Of a DNA stretch of 64,000 nt, positions 16,800 to 32,798 are shown one piece after another. Position 1 is the first letter of the stretch. Every line of letters starts with the position of its first letter. The notes under the pieces were generated by a model. That model was not told where the DNA came from. It did no database searches and saw only the letters and a program-made list of their open reading frames with translations. This DNA is from Eledone cirrhosa. Its lineage: Eukaryota. Where the stretch lies: the NCBI GenBank assembly GCA_964016885.1, contig OZ024759.1:32984001-33048000 (forward strand), written 5' to 3'. The translations under genes were made by a program, and so were the position numbers.

Positions 16800-17040
16800 A
16801 CGAAGGAAATGTGGTAAGGAACCAGGTGGACCATAACGCACCAAAGTACTCAATACTTGAGGTAGTAGAGTGGGTAATAGGAACCAGTAAGACCCCGACA
16901 GCTGAGCTCAAGCCGTTTCGACGGCTAATTCTGGACCAGAATTAGCCGTCGAAACGGCTTGTGCTCAGCTGTCGGGGTCTTGACCAGAATTAGCCGTCGA
17001 AACGGCTTGAGCTCAGCTGTCGGGGTCTTACTGGTTCCTA
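16798..17040. mobile_element. Penelope-like terminal fragment with double inversion (family A, copy 2)
   Basis: Minus-strand 3' end followed by two tandem plus-strand CCAGAATTAGCCGTCGAAACGGCTTG...GTCGGGGTCTT segments; TA-flanked. Confidence 0.75.
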
Positions 17041-17060
17041 TATATATATATATATATATA

Positions 17061-17255
17061 TGTAAGTATGTTTTGAATCAGTGAGCAGGTTTGAAATTAG
17101 AAAATAGAATAGCTTTCACCGTATTTTTGACTAAAGGAATTTTAGCCTGATAATGGGGTTTAGAACCCTCAGATAAATGGAAAAAGATGAGTATTTACTC
17201 CCATGTACGTCAAAATAAAATTCGGTGAAATCGTTCACGATTTCACCGAATTTAA
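17061..17255 (-). mobile_element. Dispersed repeat related to 39615-39868, ending in a 17-bp-arm hairpin
   Basis: Shares TTAGCCTGATAxTGGGGTTxAGAACCCTCxGAxAAATGGAAAAAGATGAGTATT; hairpin AAATTCGGTGAAATCGT-TC-ACGATTTCACCGAATTT. Confidence 0.6.
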
Positions 17256-17497
17256 ATTCATAGAAATTTGAGACTTGTCTCCTTCTTCCTCACTTTTTGT
17301 TGCTTCACCATTTTGTTTGTTTACCCTCGCGTCCCCTTTATTTACGTGTCCCAACGACTTTTTTTAGCCGTTGCTCGCACCAACCGGAGGTATATGGTCA
17401 TTAAAGCGATGAAATGCCTATGATGGTTGGAAGATCACTGATGAAGGACAAACTTTTTTCATATGTAACCCATTTGCAACTCCGCAGCGCCCTTATT

Positions 17498-17596
<99 letters not shown>

Positions 17597-17626
17597 ATAT
17601 ATATATATATGATATATATATATATA

Positions 17627-17689
<63 letters not shown>

Positions 17690-17764
17690 CATGTATGTAT
17701 ATACATATATATATATACATGCATGTTTGTATATGTATGTATATACATCTATATCTCTATATAT

Positions 17765-17801
<37 letters not shown>

Positions 17802-17832
17802 GTATATATTTATAATGTATATATATATAAAT

Positions 17833-17865
<33 letters not shown>

Positions 17866-18078
17866 ATGTATATCTATATAATGTATATATATATATAATG
17901 TATATATATATAATGTATATATATATATAATGTATATATATAATGTATATATATATATAATGTATATATATAATTTATATATATAATGTATATATATATA
18001 TAAAATGTATATATATATATATAATATATATATATAATATATATATATAATATATATATATAATATATATATATATAT

Positions 18079-18159
<81 letters not shown>

Positions 18160-18561
18160 TGTGGGGACATGTAATGGAGTAGAATAATAGATTGGTGAAA
18201 CGATGAACAGACAATCTTATTGGAGAATAGCTTTGACTATAATTAAGAAAATATTACTTTTACACACCAGGCCTGGCAAGTTGAGCAACATACAAGGCTA
18301 AAGACAGAAATAATAAGATACACTGTGCATATACATATATATAAATATATACGTATACATATATATACAAATATATACGTATACATACATATATATATAT
18401 ACACGTATACATACATATATATATATACACGTATACATACATATATATACATATATAAATATATATGTATACATACGTATATAAATATATATGAATTAGT
18501 TTTGCGAGGTTTTTGATACATAAGTATATATGTATACATACATATATAAACATATACGTTT

Positions 18562-18626
<65 letters not shown>

Positions 18627-18663
18627 TATATAAATATCTCCATATATATATATAAACATATAC

Positions 18664-18728
<65 letters not shown>

Positions 18729-18764
18729 CACACATATATAAATATCTCCATATATATATATAGA

Positions 18765-18816
<52 letters not shown>

Positions 18817-18858
18817 TATACACACACACATATACCCACACTCACATATACACACACA

Positions 18859-18941
<83 letters not shown>

Positions 18942-19131
18942 GGGCGTATTTCTATGTAGTTGTAACAGAAATAAATAACAAGCAACCACTATACAAATTC
19001 CTTTTTCGTGGAGAGAATTTTCGGGAAGAAACCTCAGTAAAAATGAAACTAATTCAGGTTTCGTGGAACAATATAATGAAACTTAATGATAGATGGAACG
19101 TGAAGACACTTAGAAATACAATTATGCCTCA

Positions 19132-19248
<117 letters not shown>

Positions 19249-19433
19249 CATAAACACACACATATTTATATATATATATACATATATTTAAACACACACA
19301 TATTTATATATATATATATATATATACATATACACAGACACTAACAACTGCACATATCCATCGTGATTTGTATAAATATATATATGTATGTACATAAACA
19401 CGCATATTTATATATATATATACATATATTTAA

Positions 19434-19478
<45 letters not shown>

Positions 19479-19518
19479 CACAGACACTAACAACTGCACA
19501 TATCCATCGTGATTTGTG

Positions 19519-19588
<70 letters not shown>

Positions 19589-19833
19589 CATACATACACA
19601 TACACATATATGGATTCTGCAGATAAAATCAGGTGATACTACAACGGTAGAAAAATAATACCTGTTGAGATATCGTGTTAAGTTGAAAGCAATTTCGTTA
19701 TCACAATGCCGAGAGTGATAACACAACAAGATTTATCTAGCTAAGAAGTCACATTTTAAAATATGTATATATTTACCTTGGTATCTTCAAAAGCCTTGTG
19801 TCCGTTGTTAAAAAAGATCTTGCCGACCCACAC

Positions 19834-20023
19834 TAATAATAATTGTTTCTACTTTAGGCACAAGGCCAGCAATTACCCGATGCATTACTGGTACTTTGTT
19901 TTATCGACCCAGTAAGGATGAAAGGCAAAGTTAACCTTGGCGGGTTTTGAACTCAGAATGGAAAGGGCCGTAACTCTATGCGTCAAAGCATGGCGTCCGA
20001 CAATCACCCGATACTGCCAATCC
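19834..20023 (-). mobile_element. tRNA-derived SINE, near full length (partial second copy 20108-20190)
   Basis: Reverse complement of the 61321 copy; (AAT)n tail. Confidence 0.9.
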
Positions 20024-20288
20024 TATGTTTAATCAAAATGCAAGCCGGCTATTTTTTGGAAGGGTAACTTCGATTATATGAAACCAGTATGTGACTGGCT
20101 ATGAAGAAATAATAATAATTGTTTCTACTTCTGTCACAAGGCCAGCAATTATCCAGTGCATTACTGGTACTTTATTGCAAAGTTAACCTAGGCATCGATG
20201 CTCATATTCTAGCAAGGTCTATACAGATGTTATACATCACTATAAGACTATATATGCCTTTACACATGTTCTACACCTTTATATACAG

Positions 20289-20331
<43 letters not shown>

Positions 20332-20867
20332 CTATATAACTCTATACATTTCTATACCAAAACCACTTGATCTATATACTCTATACACTTCTATACATGT
20401 TCTATAAATCTCTCTCTATATATAACTCCATAGGCCTCAGCACACATTCTATATACCCCCCTCTCTATTTAACTCTATACGCTTCTACACATATTCTCTC
20501 TTTGTCTTTACATCCATCCATATACTGTATATACTGTATATATATATATCTACCACTATAGAACGGTATATAACCCCACACATTCTCTCACTACAGGCTC
20601 TATATACATTCTATATATTTCTATACTATTCTACACATATTCTATACAACTCCCCACATATACACTATACAATATCACACACCCCCACTACACCTCTATA
20701 GGGTATATAGTGTTCTTTACAGAACAAATTTTCAATACGAATAATATTGAAAAGAAATATTTTGAGTTCTCTTTTCATATTCATATCGATTAGGTTTAGT
20801 TTGATTCGATATTGAAAAAAACAACAAAAACAACACACACACATATATATACACATATATATATTTT

Positions 20868-20944
<77 letters not shown>

Positions 20945-20968
20945 GTATATATATATATATATATATAT

Positions 20969-21064
<96 letters not shown>

Positions 21065-21207
21065 ATATATATATATGTATATATTTATATATATACGTAT
21101 ATATTTATATATATACGTATATATTTATATATATGTATATATAAATATATACGTATATATAAATATATACGTATATATATATATAAATGTATATATTTAT
21201 ATATATA

Positions 21208-21272
<65 letters not shown>

Positions 21273-21299
21273 ATATATGTATATATATATGTATATATG

Positions 21300-21330
<31 letters not shown>

Positions 21331-21339
21331 GTATATATG

Positions 21340-21441
<102 letters not shown>

Positions 21442-21488
21442 TATTTATATGTATGTATATATATATGTATATATATATTTTTTTTATT

Positions 21489-21530
<42 letters not shown>

Positions 21531-21759
21531 AATATATTTGAAAAAAAAAAATATTTAAATAAAATATAATTTACATAACGAAGAAAAATGAAATTACGTG
21601 ATTGTAATTAGCTTAAAATTCTTCACATCATTTCAGATATATTCATAATGATTAGATTGTTTTAATTATTTGGCAATTTATATTAAAGCAAGAAAATATA
21701 ATAACAAGAATAAAATAAAATTAATACATCCATACACACACAGAAACATAAATACGGAT

Positions 21760-21810
<51 letters not shown>

Positions 21811-21949
21811 TAGATGTACTTGAGTGTGTGCAGGCTTACATACACACAAAACTAAAAACAGATACAAACATACACATACACACACAGATATATATATATA
21901 TATGTACAAACACATATGTATATACGTATATTTAAATATATAAAGCTAT

Positions 21950-21997
<48 letters not shown>

Positions 21998-22752
21998 ATA
22001 CATATATACATACATACAAGCATTAAGATCAAAAACAAATCACCGCCTCAAACAACAACAACAACAAAAACAATCCGTTTTGTAAAAGATTTTTGATATC
22101 TGAACAGATTACTGAACAATAGTCGAAAGAAGAGAAAGAAAAGTAAAAAAATAACACCACAACAACAACAGCAAAAGCAACAACAACAAAGAATAACAAC
22201 AACAATAACAACAACAACAACAACAACAACAATATCAACAAAAAAATGAACACCTTGATTAAAACTACCGATAATAATGAATTATAATATTTTATCTGAA
22301 CAGTATCACTTTTAAGAAGGTCAATGGAAGTTAAGTGAAATGGAAATTATATTTCATCTCTTGCTCTTACAACCCCCACTGTGTAATCTCGTGTAATTCT
22401 CGTTCCCTTCTTTGAGATTTACCGATTTAACGTTTAAAAACAACAAAAATATATAAAAAAATAAAAAATAAAAATAATAATAATAAAAGAAAAAAAAAAG
22501 CTTTAAAATCCAAGATTTCTTAAACGTTTTATATATGTATATTTGTATGTAGCGAGGTGTGTATATTTCTATGTAGTGAGGTATGTATGTATATGTGTGT
22601 ATATGTGTATGTATGTATATGTGTGTATATGTGTATGTATGTATACATGTACGTACGTATCTATGTATGTGGGAGTGCGTGCATGTGTATTCATGTATGT
22701 ATATATATATATTTGTGTATATAAATATATATATATATATACATATGCATAT

Positions 22753-22784
<32 letters not shown>

Positions 22785-22879
22785 CTATATAGGAACCTAT
22801 GTGTGAATATATGTATATATATATATGCACGCATGTATGTAAGTACTTCTGTGTGTATATATGTATTTATGCATGTATG

Positions 22880-22928
<49 letters not shown>

Positions 22929-23508
22929 ACTTGTCTTGCCTTCACTGTTGGCTGTTTCGTGCTTTTTATCCGACCAACAATATATCAATGTCTTGTGATT
23001 AATGTTTCGTTAAAATAGTGTCACTATGTTGAGAGACTTTGGCTTTCGTCTTTCCTCTCTTTTCTTCTATCCTCTTCTGTTCTCTTTCGTCTATCCTCTT
23101 CCTTCTATCCTCTCCTTTTTTCTTTCCTGTGTTTCCTCCCATCTCTTTCTTCTTTCCTCTCCCTATTCGTCGTTCTTCTATCCTCTCCTTTTCTATTTCC
23201 TCCTCTCTCTCTCCGCTTTAGATTTTCCTCTCTTCCTTTTTCGTCGTTCTTCTTTCCTCTTCTTTTCTACTTTATCTCTCTTCATCCTTCTTTCCTCGTT
23301 TTTCTACCCTCTCCTTTTCTCTTCTCTCCTCTCTATTCCCCTCTCCTATTATCTCTCACCTCTCGTCTTTCCTCTTACAATAAAATCATTATTCCCCTTT
23401 GTCAATTGATACGATAATCCTTTTGTTGTCTATCAATGAATTTTGATTCCTTATTCATTATCCTGGCGTTGTTGGCTTCTTTTCGACAGCTTTTAATTAT
23501 GTTTTGGA

Positions 23509-23539
<31 letters not shown>

Positions 23540-23637
23540 CATTCTATTTGAAGACAACACGAGTACAATAGGTTCGTGTGGTCCTAACGACTCGAGGATA
23601 GGAGAATGTTATTGTATTTGGGACGATACACATACAA

Positions 23638-23707
<70 letters not shown>

Positions 23708-23795
23708 TCATGGGCACCAACAAAAGAAAGCCAATCAACACATATAGAACTTCACTCAACCCTATACTACTGGCGATTTCACAACAAACAATGGA

Positions 23796-23827
<32 letters not shown>

Positions 23828-23832
<5 letters not shown>

Positions 23833-24066
23833 AAAGAATAGAGGTGTAACACACAAGTTATTATATATTGATAAACGGAATAGAAAATGCTGACAAATTG
23901 TTCACAGTTGAAAAATGGTTTAATTAGGAATAAAAGAGTATTAGTGATTGTATGGGTTAGTATTCAGTTGTGGTTTTAAGTTTTTAAGTTTTACCGGTTG
24001 CGCATTTCTAAATGCTTTTCAAAAATAATTTTGAGATAGAGTGTCCGTGCTGTTTGCTCTGATCAG
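23828..24066 (-). mobile_element. Penelope-like terminal fragment related to 24505-24695, with a decayed hammerhead 3' half
   Basis: Shares AGAGGTGTxACAC...GAAAATGCTxACAAAT...TTAATTAGGAATAA; minus strand reads GAAA-TGCGCA-AC near 23997-24008. Confidence 0.45.
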
Positions 24067-24151
24067 ATATATATATTGAGTTAAGAACTCAGGGTAGTCT
24101 CTTACAATTAAATAGCTCTAAGAAAAAAGCTTTTCCGAGCCGTACAATATC

Positions 24152-24485
24152 ATTGAGTAAACAAGAGAGATGAACACTAATATAAACATACATGTGTTCG
24201 AATCGTAAGGACCAAATTTGCTAGGGTGAAAAATTACCAACTACAGCAATATAGTTTCTTATCCTTAACTTTAAATATTAAAATAAGAAAAATTAAGGAA
24301 AATAGATCTATATTTTGCCCAATATAGGTCTGTTATTTTTCTTAATTTTTCTTAATTTAATATTTAAAGTTAAGGATAACAAACTATATTACTGTAGGTA
24401 GTATTTTTTCACCCTAGCAAATTTGGTCCTTACGATTCGACACATGTATGTTTATATTAGTGTTCATCTCTCTTGTTTATTCAAT
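24152..24485. repeat. Long fold-back inverted repeat (~155-bp arms)
   Basis: TTGAGTAAACAAGAGAGATGAACACTAATATAAACATACATGTG... mirrored by ...CACATGTATGTTTATATTAGTGTTCATCTCTCTTGTTTATTCAA. Confidence 0.9.
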
Positions 24486-24537
24486 TATATATAAATATAT
24501 ATATTTAAAAAAAATATAGAGGTGTGACACACGAGTT

Positions 24538-24695
24538 GTAAAAAGGAGAAGAAAATGCTAACAAATGTTACCCAGTGGAAAATACTTTAATTAGGAATAA
24601 GTATAAATTAGTAACTTATTACTAATTTATACTTATTCCTAATTAAATTATTTTTCACTGGGAAAAATTTGTCAGCATTTTCTTTTCCTTTTTAC
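24538..24695. repeat. Fold-back inverted repeat (~75-bp arms)
   Basis: TTAATTAGGAATAAGTATAAATTAGTAA / TTACTAATTTATACTTATTCCTAATTAA. Confidence 0.9.
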
Positions 24696-24697
24696 TA

Positions 24698-24731
<34 letters not shown>

Positions 24732-24774
24732 ACGTGTGTTTGTGTGTGATAAAAGACAGTAACATACACAACAA

Positions 24775-24998
24775 CAATGGTTTCTAATTTAAGAGCAAGT
24801 CAAACAATTTTAGAGGAGGGGCTAGTCGATTGAATCGAATCCTTTTCGTTACTGGAACTTTATTTTATCAAACCCCGTAACAATGAAAGGCAAAGCTAAC
24901 CTTGGTGGGATTTGAACCCATAATGTAAAGTGACTTAACTATATGTTAGATAACAAAGCATGTTGTCCGACGCTCTACTGATGCTGCCAATCTACTGC
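24775..24998 (-). mobile_element. tRNA-derived SINE, older subfamily
   Basis: ATGAAAGGCAAAGCTAACCTTGGTGGGATTTGAAC...GTCCGACGCTCTACTGATGCTGCCAAT. Confidence 0.8.
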
Positions 24999-25785
24999 CA
25001 ACAAGAGGATAGTCACTATGTGGTTACCTACTCTGTTAGAAATAACGTCCATGTTTCTGTCACTGACTTTCTGCCGCCATATATAAATAGAATAACATCG
25101 GATATATGAAAATAAATACACAAATAAACACATGATGGTATAGTCACGGACTGTCGGGATAATTTATAAGGGCTCTATTCACGAAACAGGCTAACCTGGG
25201 CCCAAAATCTCCATCATCACCATGACTACAACACAAATAAGAATAGCTACACGATATCAGAAAATATTTGCTTTTTCCTGTTCACAGACCTTAAATTAAT
25301 AGAAAAACGGGGCATTACTACACTTCGTTGAAAGATGTAAAGCTATTTAAAACATCTTTAAGTATATACATAGTTACTTTAACCACCCTCTCACTTCCTT
25401 CTCTCTTCTAAAACCCTTTAAATTTATTCCCTAATATAATATATGCGGTTCTATTATTTTTTTCGTGAGTGTTTACATCTTAAATGCTAAAACTAATATT
25501 CGTTTCACGCTTAGTGGCTTTCCCATTCTGATTTTCTAAATACATGCTTGTTCACAGGATTTTGGTCTTTAAATATATAAATACAGAAAAAAACCTCCCA
25601 CTTGTCTTCGCTTCGTTTCCTACGAATTTCAGGAAGTTGTTAGTTCTCTTTTACGAATGAATGCTTTCCTACTAAACAGAGCTAGCCTCCTTCTGCTTTC
25701 TTTCAATCGACATTTATTTACGTATATATTTAATGTTATTTACGTATATATTTAATGTTATTTACGTATATATTTAATGGTTTCT

Positions 25786-25828
<43 letters not shown>

Positions 25829-26502
25829 TTACTTATTATCTATTTATTTATTTAATTTTATTTATTTATTTATTCCATTAAAATACGAAGACTCTAATAA
25901 ACCGGATCAGCAGTCTGTTTCATCAGCCATAGCAGAATAAAGATTTAAATTGGGCTTATTTTTTTCATGAAGATTTATACAATAAAATAATAAAATAATA
26001 AAATAATAAAATAATAAAATAATAAAATAATAAATAAAAATAACCTAATATTAAAAACCTTGAATAGAGGCAAAAAAACAAAAACGAAGGAAAACATTAG
26101 TTAAACTTTAATAATTTCAACAAGACAAAAGTAAGATTTCGTTACTTGGTTTGTTTGTTTATTTAAAAAAACAAAAAAAAGCTATTTTTGTTTTTGTATT
26201 TGATGAAAAATGCATCAGGAGATTGAATATTCATTTTAGATCTATCAGTAACCGCTGTTAAGAAGCTAATAGGTCACTAAACGAACCAACCATACTATAA
26301 CTCCTTTCTTAGTCGCTGCTGTTAATAGAATACAGCCAACGATCAAAACACTTTATTTTCGTGAGTCCTAATATAGATATTGTAGTGGAACAAAATATAT
26401 TTTAATGAAATATCACGTTAAATACCAAATCGCCAGTTTATTATCTAAAATCCTTCCATCATAATTTTATGTGAAAAGCTTTGTTAAGTTATATTCCAGA
26501 CT

Positions 26503-26665
26503 GGGAATTGGCAGAGTCGTTAGAACGTCGGATAAGAATGCTTTAACGTAGTCATTTCAATTCTCTGCTCTCTGAGTTCAAATCCCAGCGTGGTCAAGTG
26601 TGCCTTTAATTCATTTGCGGTCGATAAAAACCCAACTGTCAAGTACTGGGGTAGATTCTTCATCT
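26503..26665 (+). mobile_element. tRNA-derived SINE, older subfamily
   Basis: AATTGGCAGAGTCGTTAGAACGTCGG...TGAGTTCAAATCCC...GCCTTT...GGTCGATAAA. Confidence 0.8.
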
Positions 26666-26789
26666 ATATCTCTTTATCACTTCCGCCCCCCCACTTCTCT
26701 ATCCTTCGCTGGAAGAAATCTGCCGTATTCAGACTCGGAGAGGAGATGAGCTCCTCTCCATGGTTTAATATATGTACACATGTATATGT

Positions 26790-26868
<79 letters not shown>

Positions 26869-26873
26869 CAGAA

Positions 26874-26912
26874 CGAGCTGAAGATCCGCTAAGGTGAACA
26901 CAATTGTTCTCG
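26874..26912 (+). ncRNA. Minimal hammerhead ribozyme with one core lesion
   Basis: CGAG-CTGAAGA-TCCGCTAAGGT-GAACA-CAATTG-TT-CTCG; stem I CGAG/CTCG; palindromic stem III; GAAA interrupted by C. Confidence 0.65.
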
Positions 26913-27096
26913 GTATGGTGAACTAACTGTTGTGTTACAAATTCTCTGTCTCTCTATATATATTTTTTTCTCTCTCTCTATATATATATACATGTATCTA
27001 TCTATATATATACATATATATATACACATGTATCTTCCGTTTGTTACCTTCTACACCATTTTTATATTATGCATTATTTATAATACATTATATAAT

Positions 27097-27260
27097 GGTG
27101 AATTGGCAGTATCGGTAGAGGGTTGGACGCCATGCTTTCTAGCATAGTTACGTCCCTTTACAGTCTGAGTTCAAATCCCGCCGAGGTTAACTTTGCCTTT
27201 CATCCTTACGGGGTCGGCACTGGGGTAATTGCTGGCCTGGTGCCAAAAGTAGAAACAATT
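27097..27260 (+). mobile_element. tRNA-derived SINE with internal deletion
   Basis: Matches the 61321 copy but lacks the ATAAAATAAAGTACCAGTAAT segment. Confidence 0.9.
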
Positions 27261-27732
27261 ATATTAAATATTAATATTATATATTATATTCTATAATATT
27301 ATATTCTATCAATATATATTATAATATATTATAAAACAGTATATTATCACCGTACATAACAATATATTATATTCTATAATATTATATTCTATCAATATAT
27401 ATTATAATATATTATAAAACAGTATATTATCACCGTACATAACAATATATTTTATAATACGTATATCATCAGTATAGATAATATTTTAGTTTTTACAACA
27501 GGTAAGGCGGTGCATATGTTAGGAGGATTTAACGCAGTTATGTATTGACTCGTGTAAGAAAAGTGTTGTCACCAACATGAATTAGGCTTTACCATAGCAC
27601 ACATCATGATCAAATGAAAAAATATCACGAGAAGTGTGTGCTTCTTTTCGGAAGAAAAATCATAGTTTTCGTGACATTCATCAGACGCAGAAAATGTTTG
27701 TGTATATGTGTGTATATATTGGTTTACATGTG

Positions 27733-27866
<134 letters not shown>

Positions 27867-27892
27867 GTATATATATATATATATATACACAC

Positions 27893-28101
<209 letters not shown>

Positions 28102-28162
28102 CATACAAATTATATATATACATATACCTACCTACCTATATATATCTACCTATATATATATA

Positions 28163-28199
<37 letters not shown>

Positions 28200-28200
28200 A

Positions 28201-28242
<42 letters not shown>

Positions 28243-28343
28243 CCTAGCTACCTATATATATATACCTACCTACCTATATATATATATATATATCTACCTA
28301 TATATATATATATCTACCTATATATATATATATATATTATATA

Positions 28344-28432
<89 letters not shown>

Positions 28433-28473
28433 ATATATATATCTACCTATATATATATATATATGCGTGTGTG

Positions 28474-28514
<41 letters not shown>

Positions 28515-28660
28515 GTATCTGTATAAGTGTGTGTATGTCGACAGTCTTCAATACCTTATAGTGTCAAATAATGTGGTGGAATGCGAGACATTTTTCGCTA
28601 TCAAATTACATCAAATTCTGAACCTAGAAGTATATAGCAAGAACCACGGGTTAAAATCAT

Positions 28661-28758
<98 letters not shown>

Positions 28759-28815
28759 TCTCTCTCTCTTTCTTTTATATATATATATATATATATATAG
28801 ACATCTCTCTCTCTC

Positions 28816-28868
<53 letters not shown>

Positions 28869-29199
28869 CACACACATCTATATAACTATATATACACACA
28901 CTTCTCTCTCTATATATATATACATGCATATATAAGCATATATATATACATATATGCACTAATCTAAAATGTCTTCCTAAAGATTCACGTACTTTCTACC
29001 TGTAAATTGTCTTCCTGTTCACCCGCCCCTCTAACTCTTCTCCTATTCCTCACCCTATCTTCCAATGATAGAATAACGCCCAGTATCTTAACGCTCAGTT
29101 CTTACAAGAGATTTCAACAGTGCGAGAACGGAGTTAATTAAAATTGAGCCCGGCCTCCTCTCATTTTACTCAATTATATATATACACACACACACACAA

Positions 29200-29232
<33 letters not shown>

Positions 29233-29445
29233 AAAAAAAAAAAAAATATATATGTAGAAGTTCTATTTAAATTGTTGGGATACAACAAGCAAATATTTTT
29301 ATAACTGATATAAAGCACTCAACAAATTATTGGAGGAAAAATACGATATATTAACAAATGGAAGCTATATTTATAAAACCATACTTATTTCATTATACAT
29401 ATATCCGGGAGCTTCCAACAGAAATGGTCGCATTATTTAAGGGTA

Positions 29446-29630
29446 TGGATTGGCAATATCGGTAAAGGGTCGGACGCCATGCTTTGACGCATAGAGTTAC
29501 GGCCCTTGCCATTCTGAGTTCAAATCCCACCGAGGTTAACTTTGCCTTTCATGATTACGGGGTCGATAAAATAAAGTACCAGTAATGCACTGGAATAATT
29601 GCTGGCCTTGTGCCAAAAGTAGAAACAATT
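29446..29630 (+). mobile_element. tRNA-derived SINE with 16-bp TSD
   Basis: TSD ATTATTTAAGGGTATG at 29432-29447 and 29628-29643; box A TGGCAATATCGG, box B GAGTTCAAATCC. Confidence 0.93.
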
Positions 29631-29675
29631 ATTTAAGGGTATGTCAATAGTTATTTATAAAACTGCTCTATATTA

Positions 29676-29740
29676 TATTTTATCTGATGAAAGCACACCA
29701 TAAGTTTACTTGGAGTCCTTGAAATATGTATAATGAAATA
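29676..29740 (+). ncRNA. Complete type I hammerhead ribozyme
   Basis: TATTTTAT-CTGATGA-AAGCACACCA...TGGAGTCCTT-GAAA-TATGTA-TA-ATGAAATA. Confidence 0.8.
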
Positions 29741-29997
29741 AATATGGTTTTATAAATATAGTTTCCATTTGTTAATATATCGTATATATATATATATAAT
29801 TGAAAACAGGTGGTGATATGCATGTAGGTAAATATTCTCTTTATCTGATATTTTGTAACTAACCTTACATAGATCAATAACGGCGTATAGCTACAATGTA
29901 TTATCATCAACTAGAAACGATCGTAAAGCAGTGAAGTATATCTCTAATGACTTGATTTTTTATTTCATTGTTTTAACTTATATATATATACACACAC

Positions 29998-30075
<78 letters not shown>

Positions 30076-30077
<2 letters not shown>

Positions 30078-30522
30078 CCATAATTTTCAGTAGCACCACT
30101 CCACATAAATTCCTCAATTTAAGAATGACCTGTAGTATCTATTTCATACTTTTAACCTTATTTGAAAATATATCTGACCAGGAATGCCTTTTGTGAAAAT
30201 CAGTCATGTGGTACTATGGTCATCTTGCCTGATGGTTTGAACCTCACAGAACCACCTGCCTCTTTGAGGTCAAATACCAACCTACTACCATCTACAAACT
30301 GACCAATGAGAATTAAGACTATTGCTGCTGACAACATTAAATTATTCCTAACAAGCTCAAATGTCCCAAGGCTCTGATACCATCAACACTATAAACACAG
30401 AGCTGGCATATCTAAGAACTGACTAACTGCCTGATCAGGTCAAAACCATTTAATGGCTATCATCGAAATATATATAGCAGTAAATAAAGGATTATGAGTT
30501 CATGCAATTGACTTATGTTTCG

Positions 30523-30528
<6 letters not shown>
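30076..30528 (+). mobile_element. Penelope-like terminal repeat (family D, copy 1) with hammerhead at 30426-30481 (core CTGATCA)
   Basis: ACTGC-CTGATCA-GGTCAAAACCATTTAATGGCTATCATC-GAAA-TATATA-TA-GCAGT then AATAAA; TA-flanked. Confidence 0.7.
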
Positions 30529-30599
<71 letters not shown>

Positions 30600-30974
30600 T
30601 CATATACATATATACATATGTATGACAGCAGAGGTCCTATATGGTCGTTTAAACTGTTAGAAATAGCAACCAAATCTTCACATTCATCTGTCGTAAAAAT
30701 GAGCATGAGTAATATAATCGTAGATTTAAACTTAAAGAATCGTCATAGCCGAAATGATTTGAAGCAATGAAACCCCAGATATGTGGACGTTGCCCAATCA
30801 AGGATATACATATACATATATATATATATATATATACACATACAAATATATATATATATATATTAAGAGAGATAGAGAGAGAGAGAGAAATGTAGTGAGA
30901 GAGAGAGTGAGCTTAGCAGTATATTCCATGTGACTCATGTATTTTTCTGTGCGTTCTGCTCATTTTGCGATTTG

Positions 30975-31037
<63 letters not shown>

Positions 31038-31241
31038 TTAGAAACACACAGATACATGCGGACACACACATATATACATGAATGTATCCGCACCCAACTG
31101 TGAGTTAAGGGTCCCAACTTCACCGATGTTGCTCAATGAATGACTGGGACAGACCAATCCAGTTGAACCAGACTGAACCAGTATCAGAGTTAAAAATACA
31201 TTATGAAGAGAGAATTATATCTAAATGTTTCTTCTCTCTTC

Positions 31242-31288
<47 letters not shown>

Positions 31289-32079
31289 TATTTACCAGCA
31301 TATCATAAGATTCGAGTTTGAATAAGATGTACCCCTATTTTACAAGGGTATTGTGTAGGAAAAATACCAAACTAAGATTAATAAAGTTTGGAAAGATGCA
31401 CCAGACATGTAGTGAATATAATTCCAAGATGTTTTTTTCGAAGGAGGGAAAACATATCAATTTGTACATGGAAATTCAATATACATATATACTGGAGGCA
31501 AGTCCGACTTCTTATATAGTAACTCTAAACTGACCTTGAAAGGAAAATAAATGCAATTTACTAAACCTGAAAAGAAATACGGTATACAATGATGTCAGTG
31601 AATGCTAGTACATGTGGAGAAAGCAAATATATTGCTAAAAAAAGTGGTACAAAGCAAAGAGTAAAGTACAATAAATAGGAATGAATTCCTATAGATACAG
31701 TAGAGGTAGACAAAGCAAGTGTTTTATTAATATTAATATGCAGCTAGCAACAGGATATAAATTGGATGCATTCTAATAGAAACCGGTATTTTCCTGCATA
31801 GCATTGGCTATATAGGAAACAGCATAGAATGATATATGGGAAATAGAAAAAGAAAGTAAAGAAAAAAGAAAGATGAAAATGAAAAAGCAAAAAGCAAAAA
31901 CAAAGATATTATCACGAAGTTTCATTTAATTATCAGTTGCAAAAAAACCGAGCAAATCATCAACTTCGGAACTAGCTGGACCAGCATTTTTCAAAGCCTG
32001 GAAAAAACTCATTCTCCCTTCACTGCAGGCCACCATCATATTTCACCGTTTCTTTATCATGCTAGTTATTATACACACA

Positions 32080-32111
<32 letters not shown>

Positions 32112-32120
32112 TATATATAT

Positions 32121-32748
<628 letters not shown>

Positions 32749-32798
32749 AGGGAGTGTAACTTGGAGGTACTGTAGGTTCACCCATTACCATTGTAAAG

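Larger units (their letters stand above)
29254..29785. mobile_element. Penelope-like terminal fragment with inversion (family C, copy 1), interrupted by a SINE
   Basis: Arms 29341-29405 and ~29722-29785 are inverted; homologous to 54440-54622. Confidence 0.7.

Noticed and set aside
17438-17460. CTGATGAAGGAC hammerhead 5' core
   Set aside because: Stem II partner and GAAA are missing; it may be a deleted remnant but cannot be supported.
27620-27690. Minus-strand CTGATGA followed by ATGTCACGA/TCGTGATAT pairing
   Set aside because: No register gives GAAA plus a valid stem III, NUH and stem I together.
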